From Bacteroidales bacterium (lineage in GTDB: Bacteria > Bacteroidota > Bacteroidia > Bacteroidales > GCA-2748055), in NCBI GenBank assembly GCA_040903745.1, contig JBBDUV010000093.1:19421-83420 (forward strand): a DNA stretch of 64,000 bases, given 5' to 3'. Numbering within the stretch: position 1 is the stretch's first letter; every line of letters starts with the position of its first letter. The translations under genes and the position numbers were made by a program. The notes beneath the pieces were generated by a model. The model saw only the letters and a program-made list of their open reading frames with translations. It made no database searches and was not told the origin of the DNA. Positions 1-9,104 of this stretch are shown one piece after another.

Positions 1-282
1 CGGTCAGTAGCAGCGGGCTAAAATAAGGTTTGTAAAGGTTCATTGTAAACGGTGGGAACCTACAAAACAAACTGCAGTTTCGTCTTCAACATAATTAATT
101 AATATTCAATGATAAGGGATTCATCTAGATAAAGAAGTTAAAATAACATTACGTTACATTCCGTAAAACTAAGATATTTTGTTTATCGGGTAATTAAATA
201 ATTTCCCAAATTCTTTTGAATATGTATCAACCGTCATTCAATTAGCGACAGTAAAGCAGGCTGAAACAATAACCCACAAGCA

Positions 283-1797
283 TCAAAATTGAAAATAGAT
301 AAACGGCTGGAGGTCGGCCGACCATGACTGATAGATCACAAATACCACGACGACGGCGATAAGCACTTTGGCCCAGATGGGGGTTGCAATATACCAGTTG
401 AGCAGGGCAAGTTTCCACCTGTTCGACACCCAGTGGGTAAAGTAACCGAGGGCCATTACCAGGAAGACCCATTTATATGCTACCAGCACCTCGGGGATGA
501 CCGAAGCATTGAAGGAGTGTGCGATCTGGCGCATCAGCTCATTGGCATGCTCCATGGAGTCTGACCGGAACCAGATGCGGGTAAAGGTGATAAACTGAAA
601 GGTGATAAAAATCTTCCATATCCTGGCGGCCCAATGCTTGCTGTGTTCGTAAGGACTGATCTTTTTCCACTGCTTGTAGACCACGATTCCCAATCCGTTG
701 ATCCCTCCCCAGATCAGAAACTGCCAGCTCGCCCCGTGCCATAAACCGCCCAAAAGCATGGTAAGCATCAGGTTCACATCGGTCATGATCCGCCCCCTGC
801 GGTTCCCCCCGAGCGGAATGTAGAGATAATCCTTCAGCCAGGAGGAGAGCGAGATGTGCCAGCGTTTCCAGAAATTCCCCACATTGGTGGCCTTGTAGGG
901 GGAGTTAAAATTGCGCGGCAAACGGAACCCCAGCAGCAGTGCGACACCGATCGCAATATCGGTATACCCGGAGAAATCGACATACACCTGCAGGGAGTAG
1001 CCATACAGCGCCATCAGATTCTCGAAGCCAGAAAAGCCCGCCGGATTAGCAAAGATGCGGTCGATGAAGTTCACCGCGATATAATCACCAATAAATATTT
1101 TTTTAAACAACCCCTTCATAATCAAAAAGATGGAAAAGCCAAATTCCTCCTTCGACAGGCTGTATCTTTTATATATCTGCGGCACAAACTCCGAGGCACG
1201 GACAATCGGCCCGGCTACCAGCTGCGGAAAAAAGGAGACATAGAAGCCGAAATCCATAATATTCTTCACCGGGTTCACCTTCCTCCTGTAAAGATCGATG
1301 GTATATGACATCACCTGGAAGGTATAGAAGGAGATACCAACAGGAAGCAGGATCACCGCCGTATCGAATTTCAGTCCCGTGAGGTTATTCGTCCAGAGGG
1401 CAAAGTGGTTCACCACCTCAATCTCGGTATTGAAGATGCTGTTCACCGTATCGACAAACAGGTAGGCATACTTGAAATAGGAGAGCAGGAAAAGGTTCAC
1501 AACGACACTCAGAAATACGGCAAATTTACGGGATGATCGCTTTTCAGAAGTATGGATCCAGTTGCCGAGGTAGAAGTTGGTGAACGTAGAGAAGACAAGG
1601 ATCAGGAAAAAGAGTCCCGAAGTTTTATAGTAAAAGAAGAGACTGATCAGAAAGAGAAAAGCGTTCCTAAGGGCCCGGTCCTTGTATATGATTGAAAATG
1701 CCAGCAGCACCACCCCGTAGAATACCCAAAAATAGAGCTGGGTAAAGATCAGGGGCTTCTCCGGGTTGAAGAAGAATATCTCACTTAGCCAGGGCAT
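283..1797 (-). CDS. MBOAT family membrane-bound O-acyltransferase (AlgI/PatA/DltB-like)
   Basis: 504-aa polytopic membrane ORF. It carries the MBOAT signature block WKRWHISLSSWLKDYLYIPLGGNR and a downstream GGLWHGASW. Confidence 0.85.
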   Translation of the reverse strand: MPWLSEIFFFNPEKPLIFTQLYFWVFYGVVLLAFSIIYKDRALRNAFLFLISLFFYYKTSGLFFLILVFSTFTNFYLGNWIHTSEKRSSRKFAVFLSVVVNLFLLSYFKYAYLFVDTVNSIFNTEIEVVNHFALWTNNLTGLKFDTAVILLPVGISFYTFQVMSYTIDLYRRKVNPVKNIMDFGFYVSFFPQLVAGPIVRASEFVPQIYKRYSLSKEEFGFSIFLIMKGLFKKIFIGDYIAVNFIDRIFANPAGFSGFENLMALYGYSLQVYVDFSGYTDIAIGVALLLGFRLPRNFNSPYKATNVGNFWKRWHISLSSWLKDYLYIPLGGNRRGRIMTDVNLMLTMLLGGLWHGASWQFLIWGGINGLGIVVYKQWKKISPYEHSKHWAARIWKIFITFQFITFTRIWFRSDSMEHANELMRQIAHSFNASVIPEVLVAYKWVFLVMALGYFTHWVSNRWKLALLNWYIATPIWAKVLIAVVVVFVIYQSWSADLQPFIYFQF

Positions 1798-2011
1798 GGG
1801 GTAAAGATAGAATGAAATTCCTAACGTAACCTATCTACTTCAAAAAAAGATGAGGCCTGAACCGGCTATCAGGGCAGTAGACTGAGCCCGGCAGGGAAAA
1901 TGACGGCACGTTGTTGCCGAAAATATGCTAAATCATATCCTTCCCTACAGAACGGTGAAGCGCTTTGAATAGCAACTCTGTCAATAAAGCCGAAGTGACT
2001 GGATCATAAAG

Positions 2012-2527
2012 TTACTCCTTGTACCAGCTGGCATAGTGCAGATAGCTTTCCGCGATCCCCTCGATCATCTCTTTGGTCTGCTGTGGGTCGACCTTCTTGA
2101 GGAATTTCGCGGGAACGCCGCCGTAGATGCTGCCCGGCTCTACAACCGTATGCTGCAGCACCACCGATCCGGCAGCGATGATGGCGTTCTCACCAATATC
2201 GGCGTAATCGAGCAGGATCGAGCCGATGCCGATCAGGCTGTTCCTCCTGATACGTGCACCGTGTACGACCACGTTATGACCGATAGAGACATTGTCTTCG
2301 ATCTCCACGCCCGATTTCTCGTACAGCGTATGCAGCGTACTACCATCCTGGATATTCACCCTGTTCCCGATCCGTATCGGATTCACATCGCCCCGCAGCA
2401 CCGTATTGAACCAGATGGAGCAGTCATCGCCAATCTCCACATCACCAATGATCGTAGCATTTTCCGCCAGGTAACAGTTTTTCCCGATCCTGGGTGTAAA
2501 TCCCCTGACTGATTTAATAAGTGCCAT
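2012..2527 (-). CDS. Gamma-class carbonic anhydrase-like / left-handed beta-helix hexapeptide protein (YrdA/PaaY family)
   Basis: 171 aa. Hexapeptide repeats and the family-typical stretch IWFNTVLRGDVNPIRIGNRVNIQDGSTLH. Confidence 0.85.
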   Translation of the reverse strand: MALIKSVRGFTPRIGKNCYLAENATIIGDVEIGDDCSIWFNTVLRGDVNPIRIGNRVNIQDGSTLHTLYEKSGVEIEDNVSIGHNVVVHGARIRRNSLIGIGSILLDYADIGENAIIAAGSVVLQHTVVEPGSIYGGVPAKFLKKVDPQQTKEMIEGIAESYLHYASWYKE

Positions 2528-2676
2528 AGCTGTTCAGATTTGTCTTCTGCAAAAATAGGCAAAATATGCTGAACGCATTTTTGGCGGGCATGAGTATTGC
2601 ACGGAAAGAGTTTGCTGAGCGCCCGGTAGAAGGGCTTTGACCTCTCTATAAAAAAATCGCTTTCTATTTAGAGTGT

Positions 2677-2701
2677 GTCCATAAAGTCGGACTTTATGGA
2701 C
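2677..2701 (-). terminator. Stem-loop immediately 3' of the SGNH gene (candidate intrinsic terminator)
   Basis: Perfect inverted repeat gtccataaag / ctttatggac around a short loop. It starts 10 nt after the stop codon at 2711. The T-run is offset by about 18 nt, so it is not a canonical terminator. Confidence 0.4.
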
Positions 2702-2710
2702 TGGCACTAT

Positions 2711-4210
2711 TTACTGTCCGGCCCTGTACTTCTCATACTCCAGCATCACAGCATCGAAGAACATCCCGGCCATGAGGTTGGCACCCCGGGGGGTGAAATG
2801 AATGTAGTCGGGTATGGCCAGTGGTGGATCGGCCAACACGAAATTCTGCATGGAGTTCTCTCCTCCCATCGCTCCGTACATATCCCAGAAGGCACAATCC
2901 GACTCCAGTGCTGCCTCCCGCAGGGCATCGCGCACCGGTTCGAGAGACTCCCAGGTCACGAAACGACCGTTCTCTTTTCTCGACATATCGGCCGGACCAA
3001 TCACCACGATGGCGGCATCCGGACAAAGTCGCTTCATGAACTTCAGCTCACGCTTAAAAAATCGCTTGTATGATGAAGGATATTCGATGTAGGGCACCAC
3101 ATTGCCGCCGAACTGCATAACGATCATCCCCGGATTAAGGGCCGTAAACATTGTATACATCAGCTCCCAGTCGAACCTGCTGAACTCCAGTCCGGAGCTC
3201 CCCCGCATCGCAATATTGTCGACCTGTACCCCGGCATCCGGATCAAAACCGATCCCGTAAATCCTTCCCCCCGCTTTCAGTCCAAACTCCAGTTTCACTT
3301 TCCCGGGAGCAAAACCCGGCCACCATTTGAGCTCCTGGTAACCATCCCGGATATTCCTCACCGTATCGGTGATTGTATCATTGAAATGCACAACCACCAT
3401 CCCGCTATCGGCATACGAATGAATATACAGCCTCAGTGCACTGAATTGCGATGCCCTTTTTCCAGCCTTGAAGGCAAACTCCAATGAGGGCAGACTTCCC
3501 TCCCATGCCGGCGGCACTGCCGTAAAGCAGGCCATCATGCCGTAATTGTTATGACCGAGGGTGGAATCGCGTCTCCCGAATCCGGTGTACCTGGTCCAGT
3601 CGCCCGAATAATTCTCCCTGAACACAGGATTCCCGGAATAGAGCGGTATGGCAGGGACCATTCCACAACCTGATCCTCCAAACACCTTCTGGAGCCTATA
3701 CCTCAACAGGGCGGTCATCCTGTCATTCTCGATCTGTGAATCCCCGTAATGAAGGATCCTGACCAGTTCTCCCTTCTCCCCTGCCTGCTCTGCTAATCTG
3801 AAAAAACGGACCAAATTACCGATTGCACGATCGGTAGCCTCGAGCGGATAGACCCTTCCGCGGATTCTGACAATACGCTCTCTGACCAACGAATCGTTGT
3901 TGACGGTCCTGCCCGGTTCCGCGGTAAGATATGTTGTGGAGTCGGAGTATGTTGTGGAGTTGGAATTTACAGAAGGGATTTCTGAGTCCGACATATCCCA
4001 TTCCGGATCATCCATCAGAATTGCGCTTTTTATTAAGCTATCGGTATAATGAGAAATAGTACTATCGGAAGCAAACAGATCGGTTGATGTGATGAACCGC
4101 AGTTTCATTTCCCTGCCCAGACTGACCCCTTCATCCGGAAAAACAAAAGAGAGTCCGAGCAGCAGTCCGCATACCAGCAAAAAAAATATGAAAATTCTGA
4201 ACGGTTTCAT
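2711..4210 (-). CDS. SGNH/GDSL-type hydrolase or O-acetyltransferase, exported
   Basis: 499 aa with an N-terminal signal/TM (FIFFLLVCGLLLGL). SGNH block I is HYGDSQIEND and block V is DYIHFTPRG (Asp-x-x-His). Confidence 0.7.
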   Translation of the reverse strand: MKPFRIFIFFLLVCGLLLGLSFVFPDEGVSLGREMKLRFITSTDLFASDSTISHYTDSLIKSAILMDDPEWDMSDSEIPSVNSNSTTYSDSTTYLTAEPGRTVNNDSLVRERIVRIRGRVYPLEATDRAIGNLVRFFRLAEQAGEKGELVRILHYGDSQIENDRMTALLRYRLQKVFGGSGCGMVPAIPLYSGNPVFRENYSGDWTRYTGFGRRDSTLGHNNYGMMACFTAVPPAWEGSLPSLEFAFKAGKRASQFSALRLYIHSYADSGMVVVHFNDTITDTVRNIRDGYQELKWWPGFAPGKVKLEFGLKAGGRIYGIGFDPDAGVQVDNIAMRGSSGLEFSRFDWELMYTMFTALNPGMIVMQFGGNVVPYIEYPSSYKRFFKRELKFMKRLCPDAAIVVIGPADMSRKENGRFVTWESLEPVRDALREAALESDCAFWDMYGAMGGENSMQNFVLADPPLAIPDYIHFTPRGANLMAGMFFDAVMLEYEKYRAGQ

Positions 4211-4373
4211 AATCCACTTAAACCGTAGTATTCGTTATATCAGCTAAACATAAGCAAATTTGTCGGAAAATGCACAGTTCATTGTCAATTCAAGAGAATG
4301 GTTCGTGCTCAAAACTCCATGATCCTCTGTAAACAAAATGCAAAGTAATCGTCGTAAGAAGAACGTGTCATAC

Positions 4374-4511
4374 TCAAATCTTCCTTATCCTGATCTTCTG
4401 TCCGGGCTGTATCCGGTGACTGTTGGAGAGGTTGTTCCAGCGCGAAATATCGGTATCGGTCACCCCTGAAAACTTTTTCGCTATATCCCAGAGGGTATCC
4501 CCGTGCTGCAT
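4374..4511 (-). CDS. LysM-domain mini-ORF, or a relic of a larger LysM protein
   Basis: My own translation, not in the ORF track: (YT)MQHGDTLWDIAKKFSGVTDTDISRWNNLSNSHRIQPGQKIRIRKI*. This is a canonical LysM fold signature. The open frame runs up to about 4591 but has no ATG/GTG/TTG before 4511. Confidence 0.35.
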   Translation of the reverse strand: MQHGDTLWDIAKKFSGVTDTDISRWNNLSNSHRIQPGQKIRIRKI

Positions 4512-4618
4512 GGTATAGGTGATAAACTGCCCTTCACTGCTCCTGCGGGCGCTGAAACGTTCAGCAAAATAACCAATAATACCGGTAAAAGACTACTCCT
4601 CCTCCTCATTCTTCCCTT

Positions 4619-5362
4619 TTAGAACGTTAATTTGCAAGTTATTCCGTAATTGCTGGCAGGCGCACCAACAGGCATATACAACGGCTCCATCGACGGCTCC
4701 ACCCTGATGGTGAGATCGGGATTCACATCCCAGTGGAACAGGTGGGCATCTACATAGGCGTCGAGCACCTGAAGGGCATAGGCGGCGGCGAGGGTGATGT
4801 AGCTCAGCTCCAGCTGCCGGCGCCATAACCGCAGGTAGCGTTCGTTGAAATCAGTCGGATCATCGGTATAGTTGGCGCTCGACTGCCTGTAACCCTGGGT
4901 GTTGTAATAGATCCAGTACCCCACCCCGCCGAGGGCACCATATACAAACGGAATCTTGAAATATTTCTTGTTGTAGGCCTGACCCAGCCCGGGAAGAATC
5001 AACGCATAGGTCATCGCTTTGGTCGGTGAATGTTCAATATCCTCCCTGTTGATCCCTTCTTCCTTCGTTTTCCCGGCCGACATCCTCATTGAATCGTCCG
5101 CTGCATAGATCCCGGGCTCAGAAGGTCTGTCCGACGAAGGCACGGTATCCCTTCCCGCTTCCTGCTGCAGGGTACTTCGGCCCTGTGGCGTATTTCGTTC
5201 GACCGGCCTGTCCAGGTCAAACGACCTGAGGTCAGTCACTGTATCGTTCTGCGGTTCCTCTCCCTGTCCCCACAAGGAAACTCCTAAAAAAGCAAACAGG
5301 AGAATCATTCTCACAATCCTCCTGATTCCTTTTCCGCTGATATCGGAAACAGTGTTGGTCAT
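4619..5362 (-). CDS. DUF5683-family membrane protein (conserved Bacteroidota parB neighbour)
   Basis: 247 aa. The core LILPGLGQAYNKKYFKIPFVYGALGGVGYWIYYN is typical of DUF5683. A 4-nt ATGA overlap joins it to parB. Confidence 0.8.
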   Translation of the reverse strand: MTNTVSDISGKGIRRIVRMILLFAFLGVSLWGQGEEPQNDTVTDLRSFDLDRPVERNTPQGRSTLQQEAGRDTVPSSDRPSEPGIYAADDSMRMSAGKTKEEGINREDIEHSPTKAMTYALILPGLGQAYNKKYFKIPFVYGALGGVGYWIYYNTQGYRQSSANYTDDPTDFNERYLRLWRRQLELSYITLAAAYALQVLDAYVDAHLFHWDVNPDLTIRVEPSMEPLYMPVGAPASNYGITCKLTF

Positions 5363-6240
5363 GTACCTGGTTTATCAAGTATGCTTACGATCCTCTGAAG
5401 ATCTTCGTCTGACTTGAATGGTATAACGATTTTGCCTGCCCCTTTATTACTTCTTTTGAAATCGATGGTGGCCCCGAAGAAGTGTGACAGGTGATCGCGC
5501 AGGTTTTCATATTCGTCGGGTTCGTCTGCTGAAGGCTTCTCTTCACCGGAAGATTGTTGCTTCAGCTTTTTCACCAGTGCCTCTACCTGACGCACAGACA
5601 GCTCCTGTTCAACGGTCCGCTTAAATGCTTCGAGCTGCACCTCATCATCCTCCACACCGAGCAGCGCACGTGCCTGTCCCATGGAGAGCTTTTTCTCCCT
5701 GATCCCGGCCTGGATATCGGCAGGAAGCTTGAGCAGGCGCAGGTAATTGGTTACCGTGGCACGCTTCTTACCCACCCTTTCACCCAGGGTCTCCTGCGTA
5801 AGCTTTACCTCCTCCATCAACCGCTGGTAGGAGATCGCCACCTCGATGGCATCCAGGTCCTCACGCTGGATGTTCTCCACCAGCGCCAGCTCCAGCATGT
5901 TCTCATCTTCCGCCTCCCTGATATAGGCAGGCACCTTTTTCAGTCCGGCCTTGATCGCTGCCCGTAACCTTCTCTCACCGGTGATCAGCTGGTACCTGTT
6001 CTCCTCCACCTTCCTGACAGTCAGCGGCTGTATAATACCATGCTCCTTAATCGAACTTACAAGCTCCTCGAGGGCATCCTCATCAAAATGAGTCCTGGGC
6101 TGGAACGGGTTCGCCTCAATGCTCTTGAGCGAAATCTCATTGGCCGATGTGGCCATTTTTATCAACTCACGGGTCTCCTCTCCGCCCTGATCGATCAGGG
6201 CACCTAATCCCCTCCCTAATGCATTTTTCTGTGCTGCCAT
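5359..6240 (-). CDS. parB: Chromosome partitioning protein ParB/Spo0J
   Basis: 293 aa. GRGLGALI N-terminus, IQPLTVRK, the ParB box ITGERRLRAA and an HTH region. Confidence 0.95.
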   Translation of the reverse strand: MAAQKNALGRGLGALIDQGGEETRELIKMATSANEISLKSIEANPFQPRTHFDEDALEELVSSIKEHGIIQPLTVRKVEENRYQLITGERRLRAAIKAGLKKVPAYIREAEDENMLELALVENIQREDLDAIEVAISYQRLMEEVKLTQETLGERVGKKRATVTNYLRLLKLPADIQAGIREKKLSMGQARALLGVEDDEVQLEAFKRTVEQELSVRQVEALVKKLKQQSSGEEKPSADEPDEYENLRDHLSHFFGATIDFKRSNKGAGKIVIPFKSDEDLQRIVSILDKPGT

Positions 6241-6249
6241 TGTGTATGA

Positions 6250-7062
6250 TTATGAATCAATTACTTTATCTTTTTGTTTGAGGGCCGTCTCCTCGTTGTT
6301 CTGAAGCAACTCCCGGGCCATGTTAAGGTAGTTGACCGCCCCTTTGGAGTCGGCATCATAAAGTATCGCCGGTTTGCCAAAGCTGGGTGCCTCGCTCAGC
6401 CTGATGTTCCGCTGCACGATGGTCTCGAATACCATCTGCTGAAAATGCTTCTGGACCTCCTCCACCACCTGGTTCGAAAGCCGCAGGCGTGCATCGTACA
6501 TGGTAAGCAGGAAGCCTTCTATTTCGAGCTCCTTGTTCAGTCCCTTCTGTATGATATTAATCGTGTTGAGCAGTTTGCCCAATCCCTCCAGGGCAAAGTA
6601 CTCACACTGTACAGGTATAATCACTGAATCGGCCGCTGTAAGGGCGTTAACGGTGATCAGACCCAGCGACGGTGAGCAGTCGATCAGCACATAATCATAT
6701 TTATCACGCACCTTTTCAACAACCTTCCTGAGCATGTATTCGCGTTCAGGCATATTGAGCATTTCGATCTCTGCCCCCACCAGGTCGATGTGGGAAGGGA
6801 TCAGATCAAAGCCCTTTATTTCGCTGTTCAGGATGATCCTGTTGGGATCCACATCATCGATAAGACACTCATAAATGCTGGTCTTTACCTTCTTGATATC
6901 GAATCCGGTCCCGGAGGTCGCGTTGGCCTGGGGATCGGCATCAATAAGGAGGATCTTCTTATCAAGTATGGCCAGACTTGCGCCAAGATTAATGGCTGTG
7001 GTGGTCTTTCCAACCCCGCCTTTCTGATTCGCCAGAGCTATAACTTTACCCATCTGATACAA
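6250..7062 (-). CDS. parA: ParA/Soj chromosome partitioning ATPase
   Basis: Deviant Walker A motif NQKGGVGKTTT. Full-length ParA-like sequence directly upstream of parB. The real start is probably the second Met (MGKVIALA). Confidence 0.95.
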   Translation of the reverse strand: MYQMGKVIALANQKGGVGKTTTAINLGASLAILDKKILLIDADPQANATSGTGFDIKKVKTSIYECLIDDVDPNRIILNSEIKGFDLIPSHIDLVGAEIEMLNMPEREYMLRKVVEKVRDKYDYVLIDCSPSLGLITVNALTAADSVIIPVQCEYFALEGLGKLLNTINIIQKGLNKELEIEGFLLTMYDARLRLSNQVVEEVQKHFQQMVFETIVQRNIRLSEAPSFGKPAILYDADSKGAVNYLNMARELLQNNEETALKQKDKVIDS

Positions 7063-7219
7063 TCTTTTTTTACAATAAAACCGGAAAACAAAGTTACTAT
7101 TTTCAGTCTGGTTGATCTGTTTCGTGAAGTTTTATTGTAAACAATCATTTTGAACTTTATTAACAGTTTATCAACAATTCTGACTCCTGCAAAGATAATG
7201 GATTTTGCGTCAAAAAATG

Positions 7220-7227
7220 TATATTTG
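7220..7227 (+). promoter_or_regulatory. Bacteroidota -7 promoter motif (TAnnTTTG)
   Basis: TATATTTG lies about 20 nt upstream of the ATG at 7248 of the lipid kinase gene. Confidence 0.4.
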
Positions 7228-7241
7228 TCAGCTTACTAAAA

Positions 7242-8186
7242 TTGCCCATGAAGATAAACAGATGGTTGGTGGTCGTTAATCCTGCTGCCGGAGGTGGGAA
7301 GACAAGAAAGGACTGGCCGGAGATCGAGAAGCTGCTTACGAAGCATAGGGTCGGTCACGATCCGGTGTTTACCAACCGCAGATTGCATGCGATGGTGCTC
7401 GCCCGGCAGCAGATCGAAGCGGGATACAACAAGATCATCGTAGTGGGGGGCGACGGCACGATGAATGAGGTGATCAACGGGGTGTTTGCCCAGAAACGGA
7501 TCCCCACAACAGAAGTGATGTTAGGGATGATCCCTGTCGGCACAGGAAACGACTGGGGCAAGATGTTCAACCTGCCTTCCGATTACGAAGGAGCGATCGA
7601 AACAATAAAAACCCAAAAAACTTTTATCCAGGATGCCGGCATGGTAACCTACTTCAAGAGCAACAAAAGCTGGCAGCGCTACTTTATCAACATCGCCGGA
7701 TTGGGCTTCGGAGCCAAGGTAGTTGCCCGCTCCAACAACCTGAAGGACAAAGGGAAAAGCAGTCCGCAACTCTACCTCGCCACGCTCTTTACGAGCCTGC
7801 TCAGATACCGATCGATCAGGGCCAGTATTGAAATCGACGGCAACGCTTTCAAGCGAACGGTTTTCAGCATGAACGTGGGGATCGGAAAATACAACGGCGG
7901 GGGGATGATGCAGGTGCCGCATGCCATTGCCGATGACGGACTCTACAGCATCACGCTTATTAAAAGGATGGGGAAGCTGAATGTGATCGCCAACATCAGA
8001 ATGCTCTACAACGGGAAGATCACATCCCATAGCAAAGTGGAGGCCTATACCGGCAAGGTGATCAACGTCGACTCCCCCTCACTGCTCCATTTGGAAACTG
8101 ACGGTGAGACACTCGGACATTCTCCCATGGCGTTTCAGATCATCCCCAGAAGCGTAAAAGTAATTGCCAATGGAATATCAGCGTAG
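7242..8186 (+). CDS. Diacylglycerol/lipid kinase family protein (YegS/BmrU-like)
   Basis: 314 aa. VVVNPAAGGGK N-terminus and the DAGK catalytic motif VVGGDGTMNEVINGV. The track start at 7242 is TTG, and the ATG at 7248 is more likely. Confidence 0.85.
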   Translation: MPMKINRWLVVVNPAAGGGKTRKDWPEIEKLLTKHRVGHDPVFTNRRLHAMVLARQQIEAGYNKIIVVGGDGTMNEVINGVFAQKRIPTTEVMLGMIPVGTGNDWGKMFNLPSDYEGAIETIKTQKTFIQDAGMVTYFKSNKSWQRYFINIAGLGFGAKVVARSNNLKDKGKSSPQLYLATLFTSLLRYRSIRASIEIDGNAFKRTVFSMNVGIGKYNGGGMMQVPHAIADDGLYSITLIKRMGKLNVIANIRMLYNGKITSHSKVEAYTGKVINVDSPSLLHLETDGETLGHSPMAFQIIPRSVKVIANGISA

Positions 8187-8207
8187 AAAGGATTTAAAAC
8201 AACCTGT

Positions 8208-8987
8208 ATGAGATGCCGTTTATGTAACAGCGAAGATCTCGATCTCTTTTATAAACAGGGGTCTGATGATCAATTTCATTTTTACCGATGCAGGGGTTGC
8301 CGTTTGGTCAACCTTGACCTCGACACAACCACCATCACCAGCAACCAGGAGAAATATGCGGTAAGTGATGATCCCCCGACGAATGAGGAAACCCTGTCTC
8401 TACAATCATTTCGTTTTGTAAAAAAATATGTGAAAGGTAGCGGAAAGTATCTGGACATAGGTTGCGGCTATGGGGCTCTGTTGAAGCTATTCAAAGAGGA
8501 TGGATGGGAGGTTGAGGGACTTGAACTATCTCCAAAACTGGCTGAATACGTCACAAAGCATTTTAATATTTCCGTGCGAGTGGCCAATTTTCTCAACGAT
8601 GAACAGTCAGGCGACTACGATCTGGTTTCATTGCGGCATGTGCTTGAACACCTGCCCGACTCGGTCGGGGCAATGAAAAAACTGGAAAAACTTGTAAAAC
8701 CGGGAGGACATGTACATCTTGAGTTTCCAAACATTGATGGTATTCCACAAAGGATCAAAAGATTAAGAAACAGAACGTCGCTCTTCAAGAAAAAATATGA
8801 TCCGCAATATGTTCCCGGACACTGCAATGAATTTTCAGCAGCTTCATTTGAATTCCTGCTTAGCAATACAAAATTCAGTTTGATACGCTGGGAAACCTAC
8901 TCGAAAAAAACACTTTCAAATTTTTTATATAACCACTTTCCAGTCGGATCAAAAGTACGGGTGATACTAAAAAGAGCGGGCACCTGA
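8208..8987 (+). CDS. Class I SAM-dependent methyltransferase with an N-terminal zinc ribbon
   Basis: CRLC...CRGC pair at the N-terminus, then SAM-binding motif I LDIGCGYGALL. Confidence 0.8.
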   Translation: MRCRLCNSEDLDLFYKQGSDDQFHFYRCRGCRLVNLDLDTTTITSNQEKYAVSDDPPTNEETLSLQSFRFVKKYVKGSGKYLDIGCGYGALLKLFKEDGWEVEGLELSPKLAEYVTKHFNISVRVANFLNDEQSGDYDLVSLRHVLEHLPDSVGAMKKLEKLVKPGGHVHLEFPNIDGIPQRIKRLRNRTSLFKKKYDPQYVPGHCNEFSAASFEFLLSNTKFSLIRWETYSKKTLSNFLYNHFPVGSKVRVILKRAGT

Positions 8988-9104
8988 TCACATTGTCGTT
9001 CCTCCTCCACCGCTCTATACTCTAACGAGCAAAAACAGGCATACAGGCTCAGCAAAGTCAAAAAATTTTGAAGTAACGCAACTATCGGACTTTAGATACA
9101 GCCA

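Noticed and set aside
1-43. A possible 5' end of a minus-strand gene (MNLYKPYFSPLLLT...) running off the left edge.
   Set aside because: Only 14 codons are visible, which is too little to support a call.
7063-7241. A possible replication origin next to parAB. There is a TTATCAACA DnaA-box-like site here and a TGTGGATTA site at about 10207.
   Set aside because: These are only isolated single-mismatch boxes. There is no cluster, no adjacent dnaA or dnaN, and no AT-rich unwinding element pattern that I could support.
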